From contig OY843592.1 in the NCBI GenBank assembly GCA_963692865.2, forward strand, positions 1,856,001-1,920,000: DNA of 64,000 nucleotides, read 5' to 3'. Of the stretch, positions 52,149 to 60,872 are shown piece by piece. The translations under genes and the position numbers were made by a program. The DNA comes from a bacterium (GTDB lineage Bacteria > UBA8248). The notes below the pieces were generated by a model. The model was not told where the DNA came from. It saw nothing but the letters and a program-made list of their open reading frames with translations, and did no database searches. How positions within the stretch are numbered: the stretch's first letter is position 1; each line of letters begins with the position of its first letter.

Positions 52149-52594
52149 AATTTCACTCCCCTTGAAGGGGGTTGTTGAAAAAGTCCTGATTTCGTGGTTC
52201 GGCGTTTGGAATCAAGAGATGAGAGAGAGGAACCACTCCCCCCTTGAGGGGGTCGGGCTTCCCGAGGGGAAAGCCCGACAGAAGCCGAGCGGTTTTTGCG
52301 AAGGCTGATGCGGTGGGGGGTGAATTGTGTTTTATTGTGCAATTTCAATTATACCCCCCACCGGTTCGCTTGCGGGCATGCGCCCTTAGCTCACCGACTC
52401 CCCCTCAAGGGGGTGAGTGGATTTGAATTTCTCCTTGGTGGATAGAGAGCTCCGTAAGGGTCATTCACTGGGTTATTTAACCGCCCCATGCATGCGTTCC
52501 TTTTTTGATTGTTGGATTCACCGGAATGACGAAGTGGGGAATTTAGAGAGGAGAGAAGGCTCCTTTGTTAGGGCGGTTCGCGAACCGCCCCTAC
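52149..52594. repeat. Composite repeat, largely an inverted homologue of 50863-51237, plus CGTC and GTAG REPs
   Basis: GGGGTTGTTGAAAAAGTCCTGATTTCGTG at 52168, element at 52234-52419, CCGGAATGACG near 52521, GGGCGGTTCGCGAACCGCCCCTAC at 52571-52594. Confidence 0.8.
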
Positions 52595-52760
52595 GAAAAA
52601 TCCAACTCAAAGACGGCTGCGCGGGTTGTAGTTTCTCCACTAGCTCCGCCCTTATGAAAGCCTTTCATTGCGGCTCACGCCCCTTGCCCCTAAAATAGAA
52701 TCTTGCGTTCACATCGCGGCGGGTTTTATTTTTCTCCGCACAGGGCGGGTACGACGAATC

Positions 52761-53741
52761 ATGGCTGACATAGCGACGCTGAAAGAGGGCGAGCGGTTCG
52801 ATTCTTTCTTCAAAATCCGGGAATGCGAAGCGCGCCAGAGCCGCGCGGGCCGGGAGTATCTCGATCTGACCCTGGAAGACGCCACCGGCGAAGTCCCCGC
52901 CAAGGTCTGGGAGCCCGCGACGCAGGTGCAGGGAGCGATCGAGGCGGGCGATTTCATCAAGGTGCGCGCCGCCGCCGAGAACTACCAGGGCCGCCTGCAG
53001 CTCCGGGTGGAGCGCGTCCGAAGGGTGAACGAGCAGGACTACGAGAGCGGCTTCCGGCCCGAGGACTGCGTGCAGCGCACGCCCTATGACATCGACGTCA
53101 TGTGGGAGGAGGCGAAGCGCATCGCGGGCGGCTGCCACCCGCTCGTGGCCGCTTATCTCACGGCGATACTGAACGCCTACGAGGAGAAATTCCGCGAGTG
53201 GCCCGCCGCCCAGCGCATTCACCATCCCTACCTCGGCGGCCTTTTGGAGCACACCCTGTCGGTAACGAAGACGTGCCTTTATCTCGCGGATAAATACGAC
53301 GTCTCGAAGGACCTCCTCGTCGCGGGCGCGCTCCTGCACGACATCGGAAAACTCGAGGAACTCTCCACCGAGGGCGCGACGCACTACACCGCCGCCGGCC
53401 GCCTCCTCGGCCACATCGTGCTGGGGCGAGACATCGCGCGCGAGTGGGCGGGGCGCGAGGGCGTATTCCAGGAGGGAGAGGCGCTGCCCGGGGATTTTTT
53501 GCTGCATCTCGAACACCTCATCCTCTCGCATCAGGGCCAGCCCGAGTGGGGCACGGTGAAGGTGCCCATGTCGGCTGAGGCGCTCCTGCTCCACTACGCG
53601 GACGACATCGACGCGAAGTTCCATATCCTGAAGCGCGCCGTGGCCGAGGACAAGGGGGATGAGGATTTCACGGCCAGAAACCAGATCATGGCGCGCGCCT
53701 TCTACAAGGGCGGCCCGCCGCTCCCGCCGGAGAATGCATAG
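52761..53741 (+). CDS. YhaM-like 3'-5' exoribonuclease (OB + HD)
   Basis: YLDLTLEDATGEVPAKVW OB-fold, HHPYLGGLLEHT, LLHDIGK, SHQG, HYADDIDAK. Confidence 0.88.
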   Translation: MADIATLKEGERFDSFFKIRECEARQSRAGREYLDLTLEDATGEVPAKVWEPATQVQGAIEAGDFIKVRAAAENYQGRLQLRVERVRRVNEQDYESGFRPEDCVQRTPYDIDVMWEEAKRIAGGCHPLVAAYLTAILNAYEEKFREWPAAQRIHHPYLGGLLEHTLSVTKTCLYLADKYDVSKDLLVAGALLHDIGKLEELSTEGATHYTAAGRLLGHIVLGRDIAREWAGREGVFQEGEALPGDFLLHLEHLILSHQGQPEWGTVKVPMSAEALLLHYADDIDAKFHILKRAVAEDKGDEDFTARNQIMARAFYKGGPPLPPENA

Positions 53742-53819
53742 GGTGGCAGAACGTGAGGCGAATCTCGTCTCCTGCAAGTATCAAACAGCGATCCGAGACG
53801 CAGCCGGAGAATCCATGAA

Positions 53820-54713
53820 ATGTCCGACCATGTGAAACAGATTGTGAACGAGAAGACGGGGCGCATCGTCATGCTGGCGGTGGACCACGGCTACTTCCAG
53901 GGGCCGACTTCGGGCCTCGAAGAACCGGGGAAGACGGTCGAACCCCTTCTGCCCTGGTGCGACGCGGTGAGTCCCACGAAGGGCGTATTCCTGCGCTGCA
54001 TGCCGCCGGATAGCGAGACGCCTGTGATTCTCCGGGCTTCGGGCGGGAACGCCATCGTCTATTCCGACCCCGTGGAACTGGAGCGCGAACTGAACATCCG
54101 GGGAGCGGGCATAGAGGATGAGGCGGCGCGCGAGGCGCTGCGTGAGCGAATCGCCGATGAAATCGTGAACCGCGAGCTCTCGAACGAGTCCATCACCGTC
54201 TCGGCGGCGGAGGCGGCGCGCCTGGGCGTGGCGGGCGTTTCGGTTTCGGTCTACGTCGGCGCGCGCTACCAGAAGGAATCCATCCTGAATCTGGCGCGCA
54301 TGAGCGACGAGGGCCGCCGGGAGGGCCTGATCGTCTTGGGCATCACGGCGGTGGGCAAGGAGATGACGCGCGACGCGCGCTATCTGGGTCTTGCGACGCG
54401 CATCGCGGCCGAACACGGGGCGGACGTGGTGAAGACGTACTACTGCGAGAGTTTCGAGCGGGTGGTGCGCGGCTGTTTCGCGCCCATCGTCATCGCGGGC
54501 GGCAGGAAGGTTCCCGAGCGCGAGGCGCTCGCGTTCTGCCGAAGGGCGGTGGACGAGGGCGCGGTGGGCGTGGACATGGGGCGGAACATCTTCCAGAGCG
54601 CGCATCCGGTCGCCATGATCCGGGCGGTGCGCGCCGTCGTGCATGAAAACCTGAGCCCCGAAGCAGCCTATGAGATGTTCGAGGATTTGAGCGCGGCCTC
54701 CCCCTTGAATTGA
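53820..54713 (+). CDS. LsrF-like class I aldolase/thiolase (DhnA family)
   Basis: MLAVDHGYFQGPTSGLE, RDARYLGLATRIAAEHGA, VKTYY, AGG, DMGRNIFQ. Confidence 0.87.
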   Translation: MSDHVKQIVNEKTGRIVMLAVDHGYFQGPTSGLEEPGKTVEPLLPWCDAVSPTKGVFLRCMPPDSETPVILRASGGNAIVYSDPVELERELNIRGAGIEDEAAREALRERIADEIVNRELSNESITVSAAEAARLGVAGVSVSVYVGARYQKESILNLARMSDEGRREGLIVLGITAVGKEMTRDARYLGLATRIAAEHGADVVKTYYCESFERVVRGCFAPIVIAGGRKVPEREALAFCRRAVDEGAVGVDMGRNIFQSAHPVAMIRAVRAVVHENLSPEAAYEMFEDLSAASPLN

Positions 54714-54737
54714 AGTCAGTCGATAAACGCAGGAAGT

Positions 54738-55772
54738 ATGAAGATGGCGGAAACCATGCGAGCGGCGGTGTATTACCGGAACGACGACGTGCGTGTCGAG
54801 GAGATGGAAAAGCCCCGCGCCGGAGCGGGCGAGCTTCTCATCCAGACGCGCGCGAGCGGCATCTGCGGAAGCGACGTAATGGAGTGGTACCGGCTTAAGG
54901 GCGCGCCGCGCGTGCTGGGCCATGAGGTGACGGGCGTCGTCGCGGAAGCCGGCGAGGGGGTGGAGGACTTCCGCGTGGGCGAGCGCGTCTTCGCCACCCA
55001 TCACGTTCCGTGCAACCGCTGCGCGCTCTGCCTGCGCGGAGACCACACTGCCTGCGCCACGCTCAAGCGCACGAATTTCGATCCGGGCGGTTTCGCCGAG
55101 TTCATCCGTCTGCCCGCCGTCAACGTGGAGCGGGGGACGTTCCATCTCCCCGATGAGGTGTCCGACGATGCGGGCGTGTTCGTCGAGCCTTTGGGTTGCG
55201 TCCTGCGCGGCTGGCGGCGCTTCCGGATGACGCCAGGCCTGAGCGTCTTGGTAGTCGGAAGCGGCATGTCCGGCCTGCTGCACGTGCAGGCGGCGCGCCT
55301 CTTGGGAGCGGAAGCCGTTTTCGCGACGGACGTGCATCCTTGGCGTCTCGAAGCCGCCGGGCGGTTCGGCGCGCAGGCGCTGCCACAGTGTGAGGACATG
55401 GCCGAAGCCTTGCGCCAAGCGAACGATGGCCGCCTGGCGGACCGCGTGGTCTTGTGCGCGGGCGCGCCCGAGGCATTGGAAACGGCCCTCGCCTGCGTCG
55501 CGACCTGCGGCGTCCTGCAGCTTTTCGCCCCCACGCCGCCTGGCTACCGCCCCGAAATCGACCTGAACCGCATCTGGAGCGAGCAGATCGCCGTCACCAC
55601 CACATACGGCGCGGCCCCGCTCGATCTCGAAGAAGCGCTCGCGCTCATCCGCGCCGGACGCTTGGACGTCGAGGAGATGATCACACACAGGCTCCCGCTC
55701 ACGGACGCGCAGGAGGGCTTCCGCCTCGCCGCCGAAGCAGGGGAATCCCTGAAGGTGGTGCTCAGGCCTTGA
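54738..55772 (+). CDS. Zinc-dependent alcohol/polyol dehydrogenase
   Basis: GICGSD, GHE, CxxCxxCx7C, EPLGC. Confidence 0.9.
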   Translation: MKMAETMRAAVYYRNDDVRVEEMEKPRAGAGELLIQTRASGICGSDVMEWYRLKGAPRVLGHEVTGVVAEAGEGVEDFRVGERVFATHHVPCNRCALCLRGDHTACATLKRTNFDPGGFAEFIRLPAVNVERGTFHLPDEVSDDAGVFVEPLGCVLRGWRRFRMTPGLSVLVVGSGMSGLLHVQAARLLGAEAVFATDVHPWRLEAAGRFGAQALPQCEDMAEALRQANDGRLADRVVLCAGAPEALETALACVATCGVLQLFAPTPPGYRPEIDLNRIWSEQIAVTTTYGAAPLDLEEALALIRAGRLDVEEMITHRLPLTDAQEGFRLAAEAGESLKVVLRP

Positions 55773-55804
55773 GTCTCATCCACACCTTGCAAAAGGACTA
55801 ATAC

Positions 55805-56425
55805 ATGGCGCTTTTTCTCGGATATGATCCAGGCGGTTTCAGTGGAGTTGGTAAAAACGGCGTTGTGGCGGTAGAAATCAGAAAAGATGGAACTTTCGTG
55901 TCGGAACCTGAAACTAAGACCTTTCGCTATGCTAGTGAAGTACGTGATTGGCTTTTCAGCCATTCCTCAGCCAAGGCACTTGGAGTCGATACGCTTCTGG
56001 CATGGTCTCTCAAAGGTCGTCGCAACTGCGATGTCGCGCTACGCGAGCAATATAAACAGCATGAGAAAACCGTTATTCACCAGAACTCTCTTGGTAGTTC
56101 GATGACAATTAACGGTATCCTCGTCGCTCAATTCGCCAGTAAAATCAGGCTTCCGCTCGTTGAGAGCCACCCCAAACTCCTTCGCAAGGCGAACCTATTG
56201 CGGAGCGATTCAGAGAGCGTGGATATCGTTGCTCACGATTGCGCATTGCTTAAAGCCCCAACTGATGATGAAGCCGATGCATTGATTGCTGCATGGTGCG
56301 CCTCTCGATGGTATTTTAAGCGCTGGAAGACTGACCTGTACAAGACGTTTTCGAGAGATTTGCGCTTCCCTGCTGGAAAGGCAAAGACATTTTATCCTTG
56401 GCCGGAATCGGTCCCTGATCCGTGA
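55805..56425 (+). CDS. DUF429-like (RNase H-fold) predicted nuclease
   Basis: FLGYDPGG, LGVDTLL, RNCD, VESHPK, DDEADALIAA. AT-richer than its neighbours. Confidence 0.6.
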   Translation: MALFLGYDPGGFSGVGKNGVVAVEIRKDGTFVSEPETKTFRYASEVRDWLFSHSSAKALGVDTLLAWSLKGRRNCDVALREQYKQHEKTVIHQNSLGSSMTINGILVAQFASKIRLPLVESHPKLLRKANLLRSDSESVDIVAHDCALLKAPTDDEADALIAAWCASRWYFKRWKTDLYKTFSRDLRFPAGKAKTFYPWPESVPDP

Positions 56426-56560
56426 TAATCCTGGAATCGTCGAGGAAAGCCCGAATCTTGCGGGAGCGTGACAAAGAGCGTAGTGTTTTATCCAGGATTG
56501 CGGGCCATGGAACGCGAGGCCGTGGCGTCCGCAGTGTGAAAACCAGGGGCCCGAGAGGAA

Positions 56561-56824
56561 TTGGAAGTGACGACGTTTGAGATCGCGATGGTCGGGTTTT
56601 ACGTTTTGGAGTCGATTATCGGCCTCGCGCAATGCCTGATCATATGGATGGGGCTGAGACAAATGAGCCGATCCTTGGAATTGCGGGAAAGGGAGAGCGC
56701 GAGGCGGCACGAGGAGGTGATGAGAAATCACGAGGAGGTCATGAAAAATCATGCCGAGAACATGAAGAAACACGACGAGTCGATGACCGCGCTTAAGACG
56801 CTCATCGAGCGGACGGGAAAGTAA
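56561..56824 (+). CDS. Small membrane-anchored protein with His/Met heptad repeats
   Basis: N-terminal hydrophobic helix, then RHEEVMRNHEEVMKNHAENMKKHDESM. GAGG RBS and a downstream terminator. Confidence 0.65.
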   Translation: MEVTTFEIAMVGFYVLESIIGLAQCLIIWMGLRQMSRSLELRERESARRHEEVMRNHEEVMKNHAENMKKHDESMTALKTLIERTGK

Positions 56825-56846
56825 CCCCGCTTACAGCCAACTATGC

Positions 56847-56878
56847 CGCCTCCATCCTCCGGGACGGGGGCGTTTTTT
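56847..56878 (+). terminator. Rho-independent terminator
   Basis: CGCCTCCATCC-TCCG-GGACGGGGGCG followed by TTTTTT. Confidence 0.6.
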
Positions 56879-56892
56879 GGGCCGGGTTTCCG

Positions 56893-59379
56893 CTACTCAT
56901 CCACGGGGTGATAGGTCAGCTCGCTTCCTGGGGGAATATCCTCGTTGTCCCCGGTTGCTTCGTCTTCGTAGAGAGCATCCGGCGGGGCGTCTTCCGTGAA
57001 TTGCGCCTCATCGGCCTCGTCGTCTCGTGGAGCGGGGGCGGGTTTCGCGAGAAGCGGGGCGAGTTTCGCCTCGCGGCGGATTCTTTCCGGCAAACCGCTC
57101 CAGCGCCTCCTCACGCGCGCGTTCCCTATCGCCATGCCGAGCGCCTTCTTCGATCCGACGAAGACCGCCAGACGCTTCGCCCGCGTGAGGGCGGTGTAGA
57201 CGAGGTTTCTCTGCAGCATCGGGTAGTGCTGGGTGTGCAGCGGGATGACGACGGCGGGGTATTCGCTCCCCTGGCTCTTGTGGACGGTGATGGCGTAGGC
57301 GTGCATCACCTCGTCGAGCGCGCCGCGCGTGTATTCGACGAGGTTCGAATCGAAGGCCGCGCGAATGCTCCCCTCCTCGGTCGAGACGCTCTTGACGACG
57401 CCGATGTCGCCGTTGAAAACGTCTTTGTCGTAGTTGTTGCGCACCTGGATGAGTTTGTCGCCGGCGCGGAACGTGCGGCCTCCGCTCTGGAGGGCGGGGG
57501 CGTTTCCAGCAGGGTTGAGCGCCTCCTGCAGGCGCGTGTTCAGGCTCTGTACGCCGAGCACGCCGCGCTGCATGGGGGAGATGACCTGCAAGTCGGCGAT
57601 GGCGTCGACGCCGAACCGCTCGGGGATGCGCTCGCGGCAGAGTTCGACGATGAGGTCCGCGCAGCGCTCCGCCTCGTTCTCCTCGATGAAATAGTAATCG
57701 AGCGGCGCGTCTTCTTTCTCCCCCTTGCCGTTTCGGGGCATCTCGCCCCGGTTCACGCGGTGGGCGTTTTCGACGATCAGGCTCTCCTGCGCCTGGCGGA
57801 AGACCTCCGTGAGCCGCACCACGGGCAGGGATTCGGAAGTGATGGCGTCGCTCAGGACGTTGCCGGGCCCCACGGAGGGTAACTGGTCCACGTCGCCCAC
57901 CAGAACGAGCGTCGCCTGATCGGGCACGGCGCGCAGCAGGTGGGCCGTCAGGTGCACATCGAGCATCGAGGCCTCGTCGATGATCACGATGTCGCCGGTG
58001 AGCGGGTTTTCGGCGTCGCGCGTGAAGCCGCCCGAGTGCCAGCTGTATTCGAGCAATCTGTGGATGGTGGCCGCCTCGTGGCCGGTGACTTCCGATAAGC
58101 GCTTCGCCGCCCGCCCGGTCGGCGCGCCGAGGATGACCTGGAGTCCCAGTTTCGTATAGAGGTTGGTGACGGCGCTCACGATGGTCGTCTTGCCGGTGCC
58201 GGGGCCGCCCGTGACGATGAGCACCTTCTGCGTGAGCGCGCCCTCGATGGCCGCGCCCTGATCCTTGGTCGCCCTGCCGCCCTCGAGCGCGCGCCGGGCG
58301 AGATGGCCCAGGCGCTCTTTCGTCGTGGCGCCGGGCGCGCCCTGTCCTCGCATCGCGGCTTCGAGACGCGCCTCGTCGCGCGGCGTGCGGATGAGCGCCG
58401 CGAGACGGCGGGCGGCCTCGCATTCCGCGGCGTAGAGCGGACGCGCGTAGACGCGCTTGCCCTCGGCCGAAGCGAGGTTCTCGACCATGTTCGCCGACTC
58501 GATCACCACCGACCCGCCCCGGCCCAGGCTTCCCAGGACGGGGGCGAGGGCGCCCGGTTCGGTTTCCAGCATCTCGGCGGCGGTTTCGATCAGGTCGCCG
58601 TAGGGCAGGAAGCAGTGGCCCTCGCGCTCGGCGAGCTGGTCGAGCACGTAGACGGCCCCCGCCGCGAGGCGCTTGGGCGAGTCCGCGGGTATCCCCAGCC
58701 GCTGCGCGATGCGGTCCGCGCTCTTGAAGCCCACGCCGTGGATCTCCGCCGCCAGGCGGTAGGGGTCTTCGCGCAGGATGCGGATGGACGCCTCGCCGTA
58801 GGTTCTCAGGATTTTCTCCGAAAGATGCAGGGGCACGTCGTATTGCCGCAGGAACAGCATGATCTCCTTGACCTCGCTCTGGCTCTTCCAGCTCTCGACG
58901 ATGGCTTCGAGTTTCTTCGCGCCGAGGCCGGCGATTTCCGTGAGGCGCTCGGGTTGATTGTCGAGGATTTCGAGCGATTTCTCGCCGAAGCGCGCCACGA
59001 TGCGCTTGGCGAGAGCAGGGCCGATGTTCTTCACGATGCCCGACGCCAGGTACTTTTCGATTCCCTCGACCGTCGTGGGCGCCAGCGGGCGGGCGAGTTC
59101 GGCGTGGAACTGGCGGCCGAACCTGGGATGATCCTTCCAGGCGCCCTCGAAGCGCACGCGCTCGCCCTCGCGAATGGAGGAGAGGTAGCCCACCACGGCC
59201 ACGCGCGGGAAGTCCTCGTTGTCCGGCTGGACGAGCAGGACGGTGTAGCCGGTGTCCTCCGCGCGGAAGCGAATCCGCTCCACCGCGCCGGTCAACTCGG
59301 CGCCGTCTTGCGGGAAAAGGCCCGCCTGCGGGGGAGCGGTTCCTCTTCCGGGGCGAGGGGTTCTGGGTTTTCGCGTCAT
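56893..59379 (-). CDS. recD2: ATP-dependent RecD2-type helicase
   Basis: N-terminal OB and HhH regions, TGGPGTGKT, APTGRAAKR, DEASM, GDVDQLPSVG, HKSQGSEY, YTALTRAK. Confidence 0.93.
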   Translation of the reverse strand: MTRKPRTPRPGRGTAPPQAGLFPQDGAELTGAVERIRFRAEDTGYTVLLVQPDNEDFPRVAVVGYLSSIREGERVRFEGAWKDHPRFGRQFHAELARPLAPTTVEGIEKYLASGIVKNIGPALAKRIVARFGEKSLEILDNQPERLTEIAGLGAKKLEAIVESWKSQSEVKEIMLFLRQYDVPLHLSEKILRTYGEASIRILREDPYRLAAEIHGVGFKSADRIAQRLGIPADSPKRLAAGAVYVLDQLAEREGHCFLPYGDLIETAAEMLETEPGALAPVLGSLGRGGSVVIESANMVENLASAEGKRVYARPLYAAECEAARRLAALIRTPRDEARLEAAMRGQGAPGATTKERLGHLARRALEGGRATKDQGAAIEGALTQKVLIVTGGPGTGKTTIVSAVTNLYTKLGLQVILGAPTGRAAKRLSEVTGHEAATIHRLLEYSWHSGGFTRDAENPLTGDIVIIDEASMLDVHLTAHLLRAVPDQATLVLVGDVDQLPSVGPGNVLSDAITSESLPVVRLTEVFRQAQESLIVENAHRVNRGEMPRNGKGEKEDAPLDYYFIEENEAERCADLIVELCRERIPERFGVDAIADLQVISPMQRGVLGVQSLNTRLQEALNPAGNAPALQSGGRTFRAGDKLIQVRNNYDKDVFNGDIGVVKSVSTEEGSIRAAFDSNLVEYTRGALDEVMHAYAITVHKSQGSEYPAVVIPLHTQHYPMLQRNLVYTALTRAKRLAVFVGSKKALGMAIGNARVRRRWSGLPERIRREAKLAPLLAKPAPAPRDDEADEAQFTEDAPPDALYEDEATGDNEDIPPGSELTYHPVDE

Positions 59380-59458
59380 CGGTCGTTCCTGGCGGCGTCC
59401 GGGCGGGCGGGGCGGTTGTCACCGGATGCGCGTGGCCGGGATTCGGGCGAGAGTCGGG

Positions 59459-60262
59459 TCAGTTCTCGCGCATTCCGGTATTTTTCGCTTCATTCCAGAG
59501 CGCTTCGAGCTCGTCGAGCGACACGTCTTCGGGCGAGAGTCCCCGCTCGCGCAGCGCCTTTTCCATATATTGGAAACGCGCGGTGAAGCGCCCGATGCAG
59601 GCGCGGGCCGCTCCTTCGGCGTTCACCCCGAGCTTCCGGGAGAGGTTCACGGCGGCGAAGAGGAAATCGCCCATCTCCTGCTCGATCGCCTCGCGGTCTC
59701 CTTGTCGCATCGCCGCCTTGAGTTCCGCCCACTCTTCTTCCACCTTCTCCGCCGCTCCGGCCGCGTCCGGCCAGTCGAAGCCCACGCGCGAGGCCTTTCC
59801 CTGAAGCCTCTGGGCGCGCTGGAGCGCGGGCATGGCGGCGGGCACGCCGTCGAGAATGGACGCCGCGCCGTTCTCATCCCCGGCGCGGGCCTTTCTCTTG
59901 CTGATCTCCCAGTTTCGGAGCACCTCGCCGCTGGTCTCGGCCAGGGCGTCCTCGAACACGTGGGGGTGGCGGTCTATCATCTTTTGCGCGAGGGCGCGGG
60001 CGGCCTCCTCGGCGTCGAAGAGGCCCTTCTCCTCGGCGAGGCGGCAGTGGAAGAGCACCTGGAGCAGGAGGTCGCCCAACTCTTCCTTGAGCATCGCCGG
60101 GTCGCCCGCCTCGATGGCCTCCATCACCTCGTAGGCCTCCTCGACGAGGTAGGGCTTGAGGCTCTGGTGGTCCTGTTCCTTGTCCCAGGGGCAGCCGTCG
60201 GGCGCTCTCAAGCGGGCCATCACCTCCACCGCGCGCTCGAAACCGCTTTTCTTCTCGCTCAA
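59459..60262 (-). CDS. mazG: Nucleoside triphosphate pyrophosphohydrolase
   Basis: GCPWDKEQ, EEAYEV, EELGDLL, RHPHVF, GFDW. Confidence 0.95.
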   Translation of the reverse strand: MSEKKSGFERAVEVMARLRAPDGCPWDKEQDHQSLKPYLVEEAYEVMEAIEAGDPAMLKEELGDLLLQVLFHCRLAEEKGLFDAEEAARALAQKMIDRHPHVFEDALAETSGEVLRNWEISKRKARAGDENGAASILDGVPAAMPALQRAQRLQGKASRVGFDWPDAAGAAEKVEEEWAELKAAMRQGDREAIEQEMGDFLFAAVNLSRKLGVNAEGAARACIGRFTARFQYMEKALRERGLSPEDVSLDELEALWNEAKNTGMREN

Positions 60263-60568
60263 GGCTCGGCCTCACGATTGGGGAATTCCGACGAGCGCAG
60301 TATACGCGCAACGCCCCCGGAGGGGCAACGAGCCTATGGGGCTGTAGCCGCATGATATGGGAGAATCACGAGTTTCCGAACGCAAGATGTCGTGACGGGG
60401 GAGGACGCGGGGGCGCGCCTGCGGAACAACGCATGATTTTCGTCTTTGCGCGTCGTCCCGGAATGGTCCCCCCTGGCCGGGGAAGGGAGGGTTCGCGACG
60501 TACGGAGGGGAAATTCATCCGTTCCGGGTTCCGGGCCGGAGTCGCCCGGAGGAGGGTACCGCCCCGTT

Positions 60569-60847
60569 GGGGGCCGTTGAAAAAGCCCTGTTCCGAGGTC
60601 GGGCGGACACACGGGTTCGCCCTGCGTTTCGTTCCGCAAAGGTTCGTTGTCAGACATTATATGTCTGACATATCATGCGACCCGTATTGGGAAGGCGAAA
60701 AGGCCGGGCCGCATGATATGCGGCCCCTACACCGACACCCGAATGAGGCGTGTAGCAGAGATAACCCCGAAGAGGGGTTGTCTGAACCCTCCGTGGTTGT
60801 CCTTTCTCAAACGAAGGCCTCGGACAGGCACGGAGGCCTGTCCCTAC
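60569..60847. repeat. MITE left end plus a GTAG-REP array
   Basis: GGGGCCGTTGAAAAAG; 60648-60730 REP doublet; GTAGCAGAGATAACCCCGAAGAGGGGTTGTCTG; GGCACGGAGGCCTGTCCCTAC. Confidence 0.75.
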
Positions 60848-60872
60848 AAAACCCCGCAGGAACGGCATCCCC

